Notes under the pieces: model-generated
Databases searched by the model: none
What the model was told of the DNA's origin: nothing
What the model saw: only the letters and a program-made list of their open reading frames with translations
Assembly (NCBI RefSeq): GCF_009914755.1
Contig: NC_060933.1
DNA from: the human T2T-CHM13v2.0 reference genome, Homo sapiens
Reading direction: 5' to 3' (one strand)
DNA: 64,000 nt
Program-made: the position numbers and the translations under genes
Part shown: positions 1 through 13,680 of the stretch, one piece after another
Position numbering within the stretch: the stretch's first letter is position 1
How the letters are laid out: each line of letters starts with the position of its first letter

Positions 1-2400
1 TTTGTAGTATTCTCTTTTGATTTTATTTTTGAGTTTTCATCTCTTTGACTAGATAACCTACCTATTCTTGCATGTTGTATATTTTAGAGCCTTTAACACT
101 TAATTTATGATATTCATGATAACTCTACTATCACTAGCATATAAGAGTATGATTCTAATGTCCTGTTTCTTCAGACTGCATTTTAGTTGCCTTTTAGAAT
201 TGCTTGGAATTTGTTGTTGTTGTTGTTGTTGAAAGCTAGACCTGATGTACTAAGTAGTCAAAACTGAAGTTAAATAGGTCTATAGAGTGAGGTTTTATCT
301 AAGTATGGCCAAAATTTGGGCGACTTTTTAAAAAATATTTTCTATAGTTGTTGGTGCAAGAGGGTTCAAATTCCTCTAGGTTCATTTTTTTTTGTCTTTC
401 CTCTTGACAAAGCTTTCTGATGTAATCTTCTTCAAGTAACTCTATTTTGCAGCTCTTTTATTTTTAATTCACTGTGTTATAATGGAGTCATGTTGGTTTG
501 GTGATAAGGTATGAAAGCAGGGATGCAATCTATAATCATTTAATTACATTTCAGTCTTTCTATGGGCCTATGTCTCAAGGCTGTTTCATAAGTGTTTTTT
601 AGCTCCTCATCCACATAGGTAAGACACGAAGTTATATGTGAGCTAGAATGAAAGAAATACCCTTTCCCCTGGTGGGATAAGGCTTGGGAGCAATCTTTTC
701 TCCTGAAGAGTAGTTCTTTGTTTGAAGGCCTTGAGGGTATTTCACAAGTGTTAATTTTTCCCTTGATGTAGGAGAGCTATTAGAATATCTTTCTTGGCTT
801 TTCATCATATGAACTCAATGGGGCTCCTAGAAATAAAACCCATGCAAATATGCAGACTTGCTCATTCCAAAAACTACCAGAAAATTTTCTCTCTTGCTAT
901 TTCATTCTTTCTTTGCCTACAGCAAGTCGCCAAAATTACCACCTCAGTGTTCCTACAGGTTATTGGCTCCAGCAGCTTCTGCTCCAGTAAGCAGATCTTG
1001 CTTGTAACTCTGCATTCACCTGTTTCTTCCAACTTGGGGGCAGTGGTTTTCCCATTGAACGAAATTTTCTAAGGGGTTAAAGGAGAGTCCTTTGTTTTCA
1101 ATCTGTTCAGCTCTTTCTTGTTGTTAGGACAAGAGTGATAATTTCCAAACTCAACATGTTGAAGCTGAGACCAGAGGTCTGTTATATTATTATTATTGAA
1201 AACCAGATATTGTATGTAAAAGAATAGTGTAATCGGGCATAAATAATTTTTATGACAGTAAATTTACTTTTTTTTGTAAGGGCATTACTGTGAGGTTTGA
1301 GTCAATCTAGACTGTAGTTGACCTGGGTCTGGATATCCTTGTTGCTATAGTTAGCTTAAGTGCACAACATGCTTCAAATTCTTACAGTGATGAACAGCCA
1401 CCGCTTTGCACTTAGTATAAAGCCAAGACCACCATATGGTTTATTTCAAATTTTTTGCTCCTGAGATTTCAGTATACCTGAATCACAGGAGTGGGTCACT
1501 CTGCATTCTTGCCCCTCTCTAAGAACACATTACAATTGCTTGTCACTGCCCTCAAGTCTTATAGTGGAAGCAAGGGAATCAAGATTTCTTTTTTATTTAT
1601 TTATTTATTTTTATGTCTTATATTAGCTCTTTTTCCCTGTACCTTGGGGATAGGACTTTCTCATTATTTTATTTCCCATAATGTCAAATAATTTCTACTC
1701 CCCTATTCATTGCCAAAACTAGTGCTGGCAGACTTTCTGTCCCTCCCACAGAGGCAGCCTACATCTGCCTGCTGTCAGTAAAAATTCAGAAATACAGGCT
1801 TCTTTTCCACTTCTGTTCCCACAAAATATGCTCTTTGCTTTATGCCAGAGAAGGACCAGTGAACTAGTAAATATTCTGCCTAGTACAAGACAAATAACTT
1901 GAACTCACATAGGATCTAGAATGGTTCTAGAAATCTTCTGGTTCTTCTGCCCTTTTTCCAATCTAGGCAGGCCCTTCATACTTGTGCCATGGAGGGCAGA
2001 TACTTTATGCAGTCTCCAGCCATGTACCCACTGTTTCTCATGAGCACTTCTTGGAGACCTTGGAAAAAAAATGAGAGATTGCAGACTTGCTTTGTATTCA
2101 GGGCTTCCAGTGATTCTAAAGTATCATGCTATTTCACTCCAGATTTTTTTTTCTAATCAGCTTTTTTTATTTCACTATCTTTTATGGTGGACCCCTCTTC
2201 TTTCCATACCTTGGCAAATGTGTAATAGTTTATGAATCCAATCTTCAATAGAGGACTTCCTCAACCTTTAGAATTCAGTAAATTATGGTTATCTAGAGAC
2301 CTCAGATGCCTGTCGGACTCAGAAAGTTATGAATCTGTAGATTATCTGGCTTGTTCTCATTACTAAAGTGGAAGACATTCTCTTATACCATTTTACACCT
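1..2400 (-). mobile_element. Highly diverged old L1M (L1MC/MD/ME-type) 5'-region fragments, probably two adjoining pieces
   Basis: T-rich strand. Motifs resembling antisense L1M 5' ends, e.g. aactgaagttaaataggtctatagagtgaggtttt (262-296) and tttgagtcaatctag...gttgctatagttagc...gcttcaaattc (1296-1381). Recognition from memory only. Confidence 0.5.
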
Positions 2401-4112
2401 GAGACAAACAGGTATTCCTGACTTTATATTTAAGTAATAAAGGTTTCCAATTTTCACTTTTTAATTTTTTTTGTGTGTTTCTAAACATAATCATTTCTAA
2501 AAGCGATGCATTTTGTGAACTTACATTATCAGTTTGAATACTCTGACTACATATACTAATCAGAAAATGCCCTTATTGTACCCCTTCTAGCTGTTCTCAA
2601 TTACTTATAGAATGATAATTTTAGTGTTGCCTTTTTCACTCCCTTCAGAATTATTTTACCCTTTCCATGCCCATTGGTAGGTTCTAGATATTTTTATCTG
2701 TTACAGAGAAGCTTTTTTATCTGCCCAGTGGTCATTCTGTCCCAGATATTGTGCAAAGCGTTGTGAACATTTAACAAACCAGCACAAAATCTCTTTTCTC
2801 AAGGGCATCTCAGATAAGTATGGTAGATAGACAATTAAGCAGTTTCAAAACAATTTAACTTGATCTAAAAGAGTAGCATGGGAGCAAAGAGTCAGGATTC
2901 CTATTTTTGTTTGAGGGCCTAAGGGAGCCCTACACAGAAGCAATTATGCCCGAGATCAGCTATGCTGTTATCTCTCAGGGGTTAGTATATCAGGATTTTA
3001 AAGTTTTTAATTTATGCTATAATCAACATCTAAACTACAAGATACTTTTGTTTGAGAATTAGGCATTGGCCTATTTTATTAATCTTTACTATATTATTAA
3101 TCTTTACTAAGAAATTATCATCCCACATCTAAAAATGTGCATTATCCATGTTGAACACATATGCAAATACCTACTTTGATAATCACCATTTCAACCACCT
3201 GGGAATCATTAGACAGTCATAAAACAACACCAAAAAGCTATCAATGTCTGTAATTTTTCAGAAATTAATGAGCAGTTGTATGTTAAATGCCATTTTAGTT
3301 ATAATTAATTTGATTAGACATAATACATGATTTACCATTCTATTAGCAAGTTCTGACTTTGACCTGTAGCCATGGTTTAATCCAAACTCCTTCGTTCTGC
3401 AGTATTACCTAATTTTGCTACAGTGGTGACAACTGTTACTTTTCACTTTATTGGGAGGGAAAACACCAGCCAAATAGGCTGTCACTTTTTATTATTCTAG
3501 GTTACCATAAAATGCCATACAAAAGCAACCACCATGTTATAGGATTCACAATGATCATGAATGGCTACATGGTAATAATCAATATAAATCTAGCATTTGA
3601 TTCTAGAATCAATTACGATAAAATACATCTTAGACCCATACTTCCAGCAAAGGGATCTACTAAACTATTGTGAGTCATTTTAAATAAAGAATAATAAGTC
3701 TTCAAATAGAAGATGTTATATAATTCTATGTTTATGTGCCTCAGAGTTTAAGTCAATAAGACTTTTATAAAGTAGAAATGTCAGGAATATTCAAATTTAA
3801 CCATGAATGACCAAAACGTAGTACCACCTCAAGGAAATCTAAAGCTCTTTCTTTGGGAGAAAATAAATAGCCCAATATGCTAAAACAAGGCTTTTGCTAG
3901 GTGTGTTTTGAGTGCATGTGTGTTTATGTGATTACAAATATTGTGCTTATGTACTTGGAAGAGTGGCTTTGAAAATATTAAAAATTAAAAGTCAGAAATA
4001 GAGCTTCTGATTTAAAAATATTTATACTATATTATAAATAAATGGAGGACTACAGAGAAACAAATATTAAGTATCGTTGTCCAGTCCAATTAATAGAAGA
4101 TTTGGAAACTGA

Positions 4113-7100
4113 TTTTTTTTAACTTCTTAATTTGAAATAATTTTAGATTCACAAGAAGCTGAAAAATAGTTCAGAGAGTTCTCAGTACCCCTTAGCCAAC
4201 TTCTCCTAATAATACCAACTTGCATAACTGTAATATTTATCAAAATCAAGAAATTTATATTGACACAATACTATTTTAAAAACTGCATATGAATTAGATG
4301 TCACATTTTTAAATACACTCATTGTTTTAAAAAATTAGCTTACAGTGCTATAAAATTACATCACAGGTAGCCATCACCAAAATTAGGATGCAGTATTGGT
4401 CTGTCACCACAGAGAAACTTGCTCAAGTTATCTTCGTGAAGCTCACATTCTCCCCTCCTACCTAACTCTTGACAAATACTGATATTTTCTCCAACACTAT
4501 AAATTTTGTCATTTTAAGAATGTTATATAAATACAGTATGTAACCTTTTGTGGATAATTTTTTTTCTTTACTTAACATAATGCTGTTAAAATCCATCCAA
4601 CTTCTTGCATGTATCTATAGATTTTTAACTTTTATTGTTGAATAATCTATTCTGTTTGTGCCATCATTTAATCATTTGATATTTTTTCTAGTTTTTGCCT
4701 ATTTAAATAACTCTTACGGAACAGACTTAAAACACAGAATTTTTTCTGTCATTTTAACATATTAGTTTTCTAAGAGAAATCTCAAGCAAATTATTTCTAG
4801 GTTACATGTTAAGTGTATTCTTTGTAAGAAAATACAAACTCATTTTCAGTATGGCTGAACAATATTACATTTATACCAGAAATATATGAGAAATTAATTT
4901 GCATTATATCCTCATCAGAAACCAGTATAGTCATTATTTTTATTTTTACCAATTCAATAGATATTTAGGAATATTTACTTGTGCCTCTAATTTGCATTTC
5001 TCTAATGGCTAATAGTATTAAATATCTTTATATGTGATTATTTGATAGCTGTATACTCCTCTCTGATAAAATGTGGATTTAAATTTTTCTCATTTTTATT
5101 TGCTCATTTATTTTATTTACTTGTTGAGTTTTGAGGGTTCTTTATACAATCTGGACACAAGTCTTTAATCACATATGTGATCTACAAATATTTTATCTGA
5201 GTCTGCACTAATATTTTCTTTCTTGTAATAGTATCTTTCTCAGAAAAAAACTTTAAATTTTATAAAATAAAATTTATTTATTTTATTATCTCTTTGAATA
5301 ATACTTTAATTTTTTATCTAAGAAATATCTGCCTAATCCAAGGTCACAGAAATTTTCTACTATTTTTTTTCTAGAACATTTATACTTTTGTCTTTAAATT
5401 TATGCTTGCAGTCTATTTTGATTTCCACTTTTTAAATTTGGCTCAAGGTATGGATTTCAGTATATATTATTTTTTTCTGTATGGATATACCATTTTTTTC
5501 TAGCCCTTTTTTGAAAGAAGAAATTCTCCAGTGACTTTTCTTTATACCGTGTCAAAAATTAATTAACAAGAGTGGATGGAGGTCTACTTCTGAACTTGAC
5601 ATTTCTTTCTATTGATATAGGTGCCTCTTGATACCAAAGCCAAATTAACTTGATTATGGTAGCATTATAATAATGACATGAATCAACTAGTGTAAATTCC
5701 CCAACCTTGTTCTTTTACAAAGTTAATTTTGGAAATCAAGGTGTTTACACACCCTTGTTCTTATAATAGAAAGTTAATTTCGGAATTCAAGGTGCTTACA
5801 CACACGCACACGCAAATAGATACATATGAATTTAAGAATCACCAGGTCAATTTATACAAAACCAAGCTGGAATCTGTAGACAAATCTAGAGAGAACTCAC
5901 ATGATAACAGTACTGGATTTTGATTTTTTTCTGGTCCATAAACGTTTAATTTATCTTAACAATGTTCTGTAGCTTTCAAGACACGAGTCTTGTATATTAT
6001 CTGTTGTTTGTCACTAAGTATTTCACTTTTGATACCATTTTAAATGTTGTTGTATTTATTTCAACTACTAATTGTTTTTAGTGTATAGAAAAATAATTGA
6101 TGTTTATATATAGATCTTGTATTCTGTAAACTTGATAAACTCTACTATTTCTAGTAGAATTTTTTAGGATCCTTTTCTATACAGATAATCTTGTTATCTA
6201 TGAATAACATTTTTGCTTCTTAGTTTATAATCTGGATTCCTCTTATTTATTTCATTTGCCCCATTGCAATGAATACAACCTCCGAGACAATGTTGAAGAG
6301 AAGTGATGAATGTGGACATCCTTGTCTTATACTTGATTTCAGAAGGAATGCCTTCAATTGTTTACCATCAAATACGATGCTAGCTGTACTATTTTTGTAA
6401 ATGTACTGTTATGAGGTAGATAGGGTTCTTTTTCTAGTCCCAGGTTCTGAGATCTTATCAGAAATGGATGTTGAATTTCACCAAGTGCATTTTGCATCAA
6501 TTGAATTGATTGCATGCATTTTTTTTCATCAGTTACTATGGTGAAATGCATTGAATAGTATTGGAAAGTAAATTCAATCTTGTATTTTCAAGATAAAGAA
6601 AATTTAGTCATAAAGCATTGTTTGGTTCAATTTGGTAATATTTTATTAATAATTTTGCTTATATGCTCCTGTTAATGTGGTATAGTCATTTGTATTTTTC
6701 TACTGTTATAATGTCCTTCTCTGTTTCATATATAAGAGTAATGCTAACTTCATAGAATTAGTTGGGAAGATTTACTTATATTTAATATTCAGGTAAATGT
6801 TAAGTAAATGTATTAGCGTTTCTCCCTTGAGTGTTTGATAGAAGTCTTCAGTGAAGCCATCTAGGCCAGAAGTTATTTTGCTTGAGAGCGTGTTTTGTTT
6901 GTTTTTTAAGTCAAAGTATTCAGTATTATTGAGAAATACCAATTTCTTCTTCAGTGAGCTTTGTTGTTTTGTGTTTTTCAAGGAAATTATCCAGGGTATC
7001 TTTTTTTTGGCATAAAGTTTGCATAATATTCAATTATTCTAATTGTAAAATATGTAGATACTGTACTGATAGTACCTCTCTAATTCCTGATGTTGTGACT

Positions 7101-10100
7101 TATATCTCATCTCCTTTTCTAGACAATCAATTTAGTTTATCTTGTGAAAGAATTAGTTTTTGGTATAATTTTGTCTATTTTTTTTTTGTTTTCTCCTTCT
7201 TCACATTCTATGACTATCTTTTTTCTTTTTCTTTTTTTCTGTTTACATCCTGTTTCATTTGTTTTTACTTCATTTATTTTCTCAAGGTAGAAACCGAGGG
7301 TATTGTTTGAAACCTTAGCTCCTTTCTAACATAGGGCTTACTTTTACACATATTCCTCTAACAATTGTCTTAGTAACATTACACAGACTTTGATATATTG
7401 TGTTTTTTTCTTGAAAGTAATTACTAATTTTCATTGTAATTTTTCCCTGACCCATATGTTACTTATAACTATGTTATTTAGTTTTCTTATATTTGGAAAT
7501 TTTCCAGGTATTTTTCTATTATTTATTTCATTAATTAGAAAAATAGAATTTATATAATTTTAATCATTCTATATTTGAGACTCACTTTTTGCTATTATTG
7601 GTTTGAGGATTGAGTAATATATATCTATATATATACACATATATATCTATATATACACATATATCTATATATATACACATATATCTATATATATACACAT
7701 ATATATACACATATATATCTATATATACACATATATATCTATATATATACACATATATATCTATATATACCCATATATATCTATATATATACACATATAT
7801 ATCTATATATACACATATATCTATATATATACACATATATATCTCTATATATACCCATATATATCTATATATACCCATATATATCTATATATATACACAT
7901 ATATATCTATATATACACATATATATCTATATATATACACTATATATATCTGTATATATATACACATATATATCAATCAATTGTATGAAGTTGATTGAGC
8001 CTATCATTCAAATCTTCTATATCCATACTGATTTTGTTCCTTTCTATTAATGATTGATAAAATGTTTTTAAAATATCTTAATGTGCTTTGAAATTTGTCT
8101 ATTTCTCTTTGCAGTTGTATCAATCTTGCTTCATTGATTTTGAATTTCTGTTATTATGTGTATACTAATTTTGGATATATATGCTTCGTTGATAAATTAT
8201 CCCCTATATCAGTATGTAAATATTTTTTATTCTAGGTAATATTTTCTCTGAAATTTACTTTCCCTGATATGAATATAGCCATTCTAGCCACGGCAAACCT
8301 TCCTGTATATTTTAAATTTTAAATCTACTTGTGATTTTATATTTAATGTGGGTTTCTGTTAAAGAGTATGGAATTGGTCTTGCATTTATAATCATTATCA
8401 AAGTATTTGCCTTTCAAATGAGGTATTTTAATTCTTTATATTTAATGTAATCATTGAAATAATTGGATTTAAGTCTGTGTTCTTTTTGTTTTTCATCTCT
8501 CATCTATTCTGTTTTCTTTTCCTTCTTTTTCTGACTTCTGTTTATACAAAAGAATTTTTATGTTTTATGCCTAATTTTTATGTTTTTATTTGATTTCCTA
8601 TTTTGACTTCTTAGTTTATATCTCTGTTTTTATTGTTATATTTTGTTGATTGCTTATCTCATATATTTCATCACAATCTACCTTCATATGATATCATACC
8701 ACTATATGTACAGTATAAGAATCTTAAAACAATGTATTTCCTAACTTTCAGCTATTATAGTCATTCATTATACTTCTACCTATGTGAAAAACCATGCAGT
8801 ACATTGCCTTTTTTCCTTTAAATAATTATTTTTTTTAAAAAATTAAATAATGTGGAAAAAGTCTTTATATTTATCCCCACAGTTACTATTTGTGATGTTC
8901 TTCATTCCTTTATTTAGCTCGTATTTTATTTGGTATTATTTTTCTTCTGCGTAAAGACTGCCTTTATAATTTATTTTCGTTTGGTATGGCCACAGATGAA
9001 TGCTTTCAGCTTTTGTGTGTCTAAATATTATTTTTTCCTCAGTATTATTGAATGATACTTCTTGCTTCATAGGGATTTCCAGGTTGACCTATTTTTTCAG
9101 TGCTTTAAATACATAGCTCCACTGTCTTCCAATCAGAAATCAGTTGTGCTTCTTAATATAACTCCTCTGTATATATGTGTCTTTGTTTCTTTGGACTTCT
9201 TTTAATATTTTCTCTAAATCACCAATTTCAAGAAATTTTACTAATATGTTCCTTCATTTAGTTTTGTTCATTTATCTTCTGCTTCCAATTTATTTAGCTT
9301 TTGAGGTCTATAGATTTATACTTCTTATAAAATTTGGGAATTTTTTATTGTTGTTTATTTAAATAATTTGTGCAACTCCTCCACTTCTGATGCTCTTGTT
9401 TCTAAGTCTTTTTCTTCCTGTGTTTCATTTTAGATAGTTTATATTCCAGTGTCTTTATTAATATTTTCTTCTGCAATATCTAACCAGCATTAACCCCATC
9501 TAGAATACTTTTCATCACAGACATTATAAATTCTATGATCAAAAGTGTGATTTTGGACCTTATACATATTTTCCATACCTATATTTAACATGTACCACCT
9601 TTTCTCTAATTTTTAACATGGAAATGTATTTTTAATAACTGCTTAATATACATATCTTTTGTTTTCTTCTTATGAATTGATATTTCAGCTTTTATAAGGC
9701 CTTGAAATATTTTTTAGTCGTCAGGCATTTTGAATTTCACTTTCTTGGAGTTTGGGTATTGTGTTTATCTAAATATTTTTGAGCTTTGTTCTGGAACACC
9801 ATGGAGTTACTTGAAAATATTCTAATGTCTTGGAGTTTTGCTTTTAAGCATTTTTAGGTGGGACCAGAGCAGCTTTTAGTCTAGTTCTAATTTTTCTCTA
9901 CTACCAAGCTATACCCTTCTGAATATTTTACCCAATGTTAATGAATTATGAAGGTTCTACTTTGGCTAGTGAGAATAGCCATTAGTGGCGCCTTTGGTGA
10001 GCTCCAAGAGTTTCCTCTCTAATCCTCTTGGAGTTTTCTTTTCTGCAACCTTGGGTAGTTGCCTCACACACATGAGCTGATCAGTATTAAGCTGAATACT

Positions 10101-10480
10101 CAAAGAAGAACCTGTAAAGTTCTCTAGAGTTCTCTCCTATGTGGCGCTCCCCTTCCGTCCTCTACTGTATGACTAGCTGCCTTATCTTCCACAAAAGCCC
10201 AGCCTCATTCCAGCACTCATGAAGACTGCTAAGCTTGGCCTGGGTTTGTTCATCCTGTGCAATAATCACAAGACTCTATTCAGGCAGCAAGCTGCAAAAA
10301 TTGATGACCTTACCTTTGTAGTTTACCTCTTAAGGATCATAGTGCTTTTCTGTCTGATATATACCTTATTGAGATCTATTACTACTTATATTTTATCCAT
10401 TTTTTTAAGGCTTTTGCAAACTAAAATATACTGTCATTCTTCAGGTTCAGGATCTGTTACTCCATCTTGGTCTGTTATTG
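4113..10480 (-). mobile_element. Old LINE-1 (L1MC/L1MD-type), near full-length with deletions, antisense
   Basis: Begins with T tract and tttgaaataattttagattcacaagaag (antisense L1M 3' end). Continues through recognisable antisense ORF2 (e.g. gtggacatccttgtctt at 6312, cagtgaagccatctaggcc at 6849) to ORF1/5'-like sequence near 9000-10480. Confidence 0.75.
7617..7973. repeat. TA-rich compound tandem repeat, unit ~18-24 bp (TATATATACACATATATATC-like)
   Basis: Directly visible. Explains the Y/I-rich ORFs 7582-7878 and 7610-8050. Confidence 0.97.
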
Positions 10481-10918
10481 TCCCCTATCTCATTTTCCCT
10501 TTTCCTAGCCTCCTAAATTAACTTATTCCATATCTATTTTAAAAAATTAATGTGCTAAATTATCTAATGCTTTTCTTGCACTGACCAAACAAATATTAGT
10601 TTCTTAATTTTATAAGCTAAGACAGCCCTGTCATGTCACCTATCCAAAAGGGTATCAGTTCCTGAATATCTCATGTGGCTTTTCTCAGTATTGTACAAAG
10701 AAACATGAATATTTGTTATTTCATGGTAAAAATTGCTAGATGTGTCTATATTTAAAAATATTATATACATATTTGTGTGTGTGCATATATATATATATAT
10801 TTAATGTATATGTGTGTGTCCATTTCAAAATGTTTGTACATCAATAGTAGCTGAGTGTTGTGGTTTGGGAAGACTTTTTTATAATTTGATCAGATATAAA
10901 TTATTGGAAGAGTTTCAG

Positions 10919-11153
10919 CAGGGCTCAGCACATTTTTTTTCTTCTACATACCAGATAGTACTTCCACTGAAAATGTTTTTCAGGCTTTGGGGGTCCTATG
11001 ATCTCTGTAGCAAGCACTCATCTTTTGATCATAGTGCGAAAGCAACCACAAACAATGCAAATAAATGGGCATGTCTGTAATCTAGTAGAATTTATTTATA
11101 AAAACAAGTAATGAACCACATTTGTTCTATGGGTCATAGTTTGCTGACAACTG
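10919..11153 (+). mobile_element. MER58A hAT-Charlie non-autonomous DNA transposon
   Basis: Imperfect TIRs cagggctcagca...ttgctgacaactg. Internal match to MER58A (ccagatagta, caggcttt, tctctgtagcaa, aaatgggcatg, tttatttataaaaaca). Degenerate 8-bp TSD agtttcag/agttaaag. Confidence 0.85.
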
Positions 11154-12199
11154 AGTTAAAGAATGTCTTGAATATCTGTAGTGGACAATTTTCGTGGTCA
11201 CTTTAGATCTTAAACTTCTGGGAAGTTTAAATACATATAGGGACATATTTTCTTAAAATGTCCTTCAAAATTTTATTTTCTGTAGTGAGGGCATGAAAAG
11301 TGTCCTATTTTGAGCCATATGAATGTAATATCTGGGACCTTTGGACAATACTAAGGACAATTGACCTTTGGACAATTCCTTTAAAAAACAAAGGCCATTT
11401 GAAATTTTGAATTAGTTTTTGGGCAATTTCTTGCTTATTCAGACAGATCCTTTGTGATGCTACTGCCAAAAACTGCCCCGATTCTTTCCTTACTTGCTGT
11501 ACTTCAACTGGTTTTTGTTGGTTTGTTTGTTTGTTTTCCCAGAATGTAGACATAAGGCTTAGGAGACCTCTGATGAGGAATTTAATAAGAGTAAACCTAC
11601 TTGTAAACTTTATTGCGACTTTTTGGAATATTTTGGTTATTTTCTTTAATACTACTTAAGTCTTGCTAGAGCCAGAATTAAAAACTGGCTTGTGTCAATT
11701 AGATAGAATATCAAAATAGATTTTTGAAGAATCTAACAAAATTGATGTGTCTTTATGTTTGTGAATATTCTTATTGACCTAAGTCTTTAGTTCACCAAGA
11801 CAAGCAACTTTTCTACAATTTTTGATTGATCCTGTTCAGTGTGGTACTGTTTGTGATTAGGAGAATTAATGATAGTAAGACAAACACTGGAAGGCAATGC
11901 TATAGTACTCTTGGGAGGAATAGGACTCTTCCACCCCTCAACAAGAACACTTCCTAAGCATGATATCATCACAGGTCATATCACTATTGCTACCTGCTAG
12001 ACCTCGTTTTTCATGAAAAAAAGAAAAAATGACTTCAAAACAGCAATGTATAAATATTAATAAATAATTATTGACTTACATCCCATAAAGAATATAAGAA
12101 AGTCTAAAATATAATTCTTACCCTCAAAGACCTTAGATTAAAATTGATGACTCTTGGATTCTATATCACTTGTATGCTCTGTCATCCCTTGCTGCCTAT

Positions 12200-13680
12200 G
12201 ATGCACCAGATTATTATGCACTCCAATAGAGAAATGCTCAGAATACTACTGAAGTACAGAAAAGGGAACAAGAAATTTAGTCTGAAGGTCAGGGAAAGCT
12301 TGAGTGGTGGCCTTGTCTGAATTTTGAAGTAAGATAATAATGTGCTATGCAAACCAAGATAAACTTGAGGCAGGATAGAAGTGCTTCATGTAAAACGGTC
12401 TAAACGTGACAGTGAGAATGATCCATCAGGAATACTAAAAGTGACAGAATATGGTTGTAGCATAGAATGCAAGAGGTATAATGATGAGAGGTGAGCCTGG
12501 AGAAATAGGAAAAAATATTGACCGCTTTACTCAGAAGTTTAAAAGTACTTAGTAAATATATGCAGAATCACGAATGATTTTAGATACAGAAGTATTATGA
12601 CTAATTTTGTTTTTTTAGAATGCTATTTTAATGGTATTTGAAGAACTGAATTGGTAAGGTTAGGAACCTATTAGAGGTCTATTTCAGCAATACTAGCAAG
12701 AAATTATAAGGACTTAGACTAAAGCAATGTTAGTGAGACTGACAAAATGGGATAGATTTCAAAGACATTTAGAGGGAAAATTAAACAGGATATAATTTGT
12801 TTAAAAATTATATTAACAACAATAACATATTTAAGCATTTCCTATATGCTGTCTGGTATGTACTTCTTTAATTTTCATAAAATTGCGACAGTATGAAGCA
12901 GTTATTATGGGATTATACTCATTAGTGGCAAAGCTAGAATTTAAATCTGGTGTGACTGATCATGAAGTTCATACACTTAACAACTTCACTATGAAAAATT
13001 TTAGTTTTTTTAACAAATATTTTTCTCTTATAGGTCCTTTTAAAATGTAAACTCAAGTATTAACATGTTGAGCTAGATATGTATATAAGGTAATGATGGT
13101 TAAGGACTAAGTTTGTGTATGTGTGTATATTTAAATACATAAATTTAATAGTCACCAGCCTATAGTTTTCACTTACAACTTTCAGCAAGTGTTAGGAAAT
13201 GTGAAAAAAAAAATCACGATTTGCAGCTTTTCTGGATAAATTGGCTGGGGAATAAGAGCTCTGAACAAAGGTAAAGAGGGATGGTTCAAAATGCAATTTA
13301 TTGGAAACCTTGTAAGGAGAAAGAGTAATGAATGTAAAACAGTATAATAGTCTCACCTCTGGCTAAGTTTAAGGAATATATGGGCCATATTTTTTGTTGG
13401 ACTTAGCAAATAAGTTTATTGATGTCATTGTTGGGATTGTAGGAATAGAAGTCCATTTTCAGAGGTTTGAGGTAGAAATGATATTGTGCAGAGGTAGTAG
13501 TTTCATATGAAACTGGCTCTGCAAAGAGTGATATGAAATAAGAAAAAGAAGAGAAACCCTTCAAAATAGAAGTGGATTGGAAAGGTTCTTGGAAGAAGGA
13601 GGACTTGAGAATAGAATAGCAGGCATAGTGAAAAATACTCAAAATTTATAAGCTAAGCTTCAAAGACAAAAAAATTTCCA
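12200..13680 (+). mobile_element. Degenerate L2 fragments with an embedded MIR-like piece (~12810-12990)
   Basis: Purine-rich L2-like motifs (gagaggtgagcctggagaaatagg, ggacttagactaaagcaatg, ggatagatttcaaagacatttagag). MIR-like agtggcaaagctagaatttaaatctgg. Confidence 0.45.

Noticed and set aside
7582-8050. Tyr/Ile-rich ORFs on both strands
   Set aside because: Translation of the TA-rich tandem repeat.
11336-11377. gacctttggacaat repeated twice with a short spacer (repeat-spacer look)
   Set aside because: Only two 14-bp copies in eukaryotic DNA; a small local duplication, not a CRISPR-like array.
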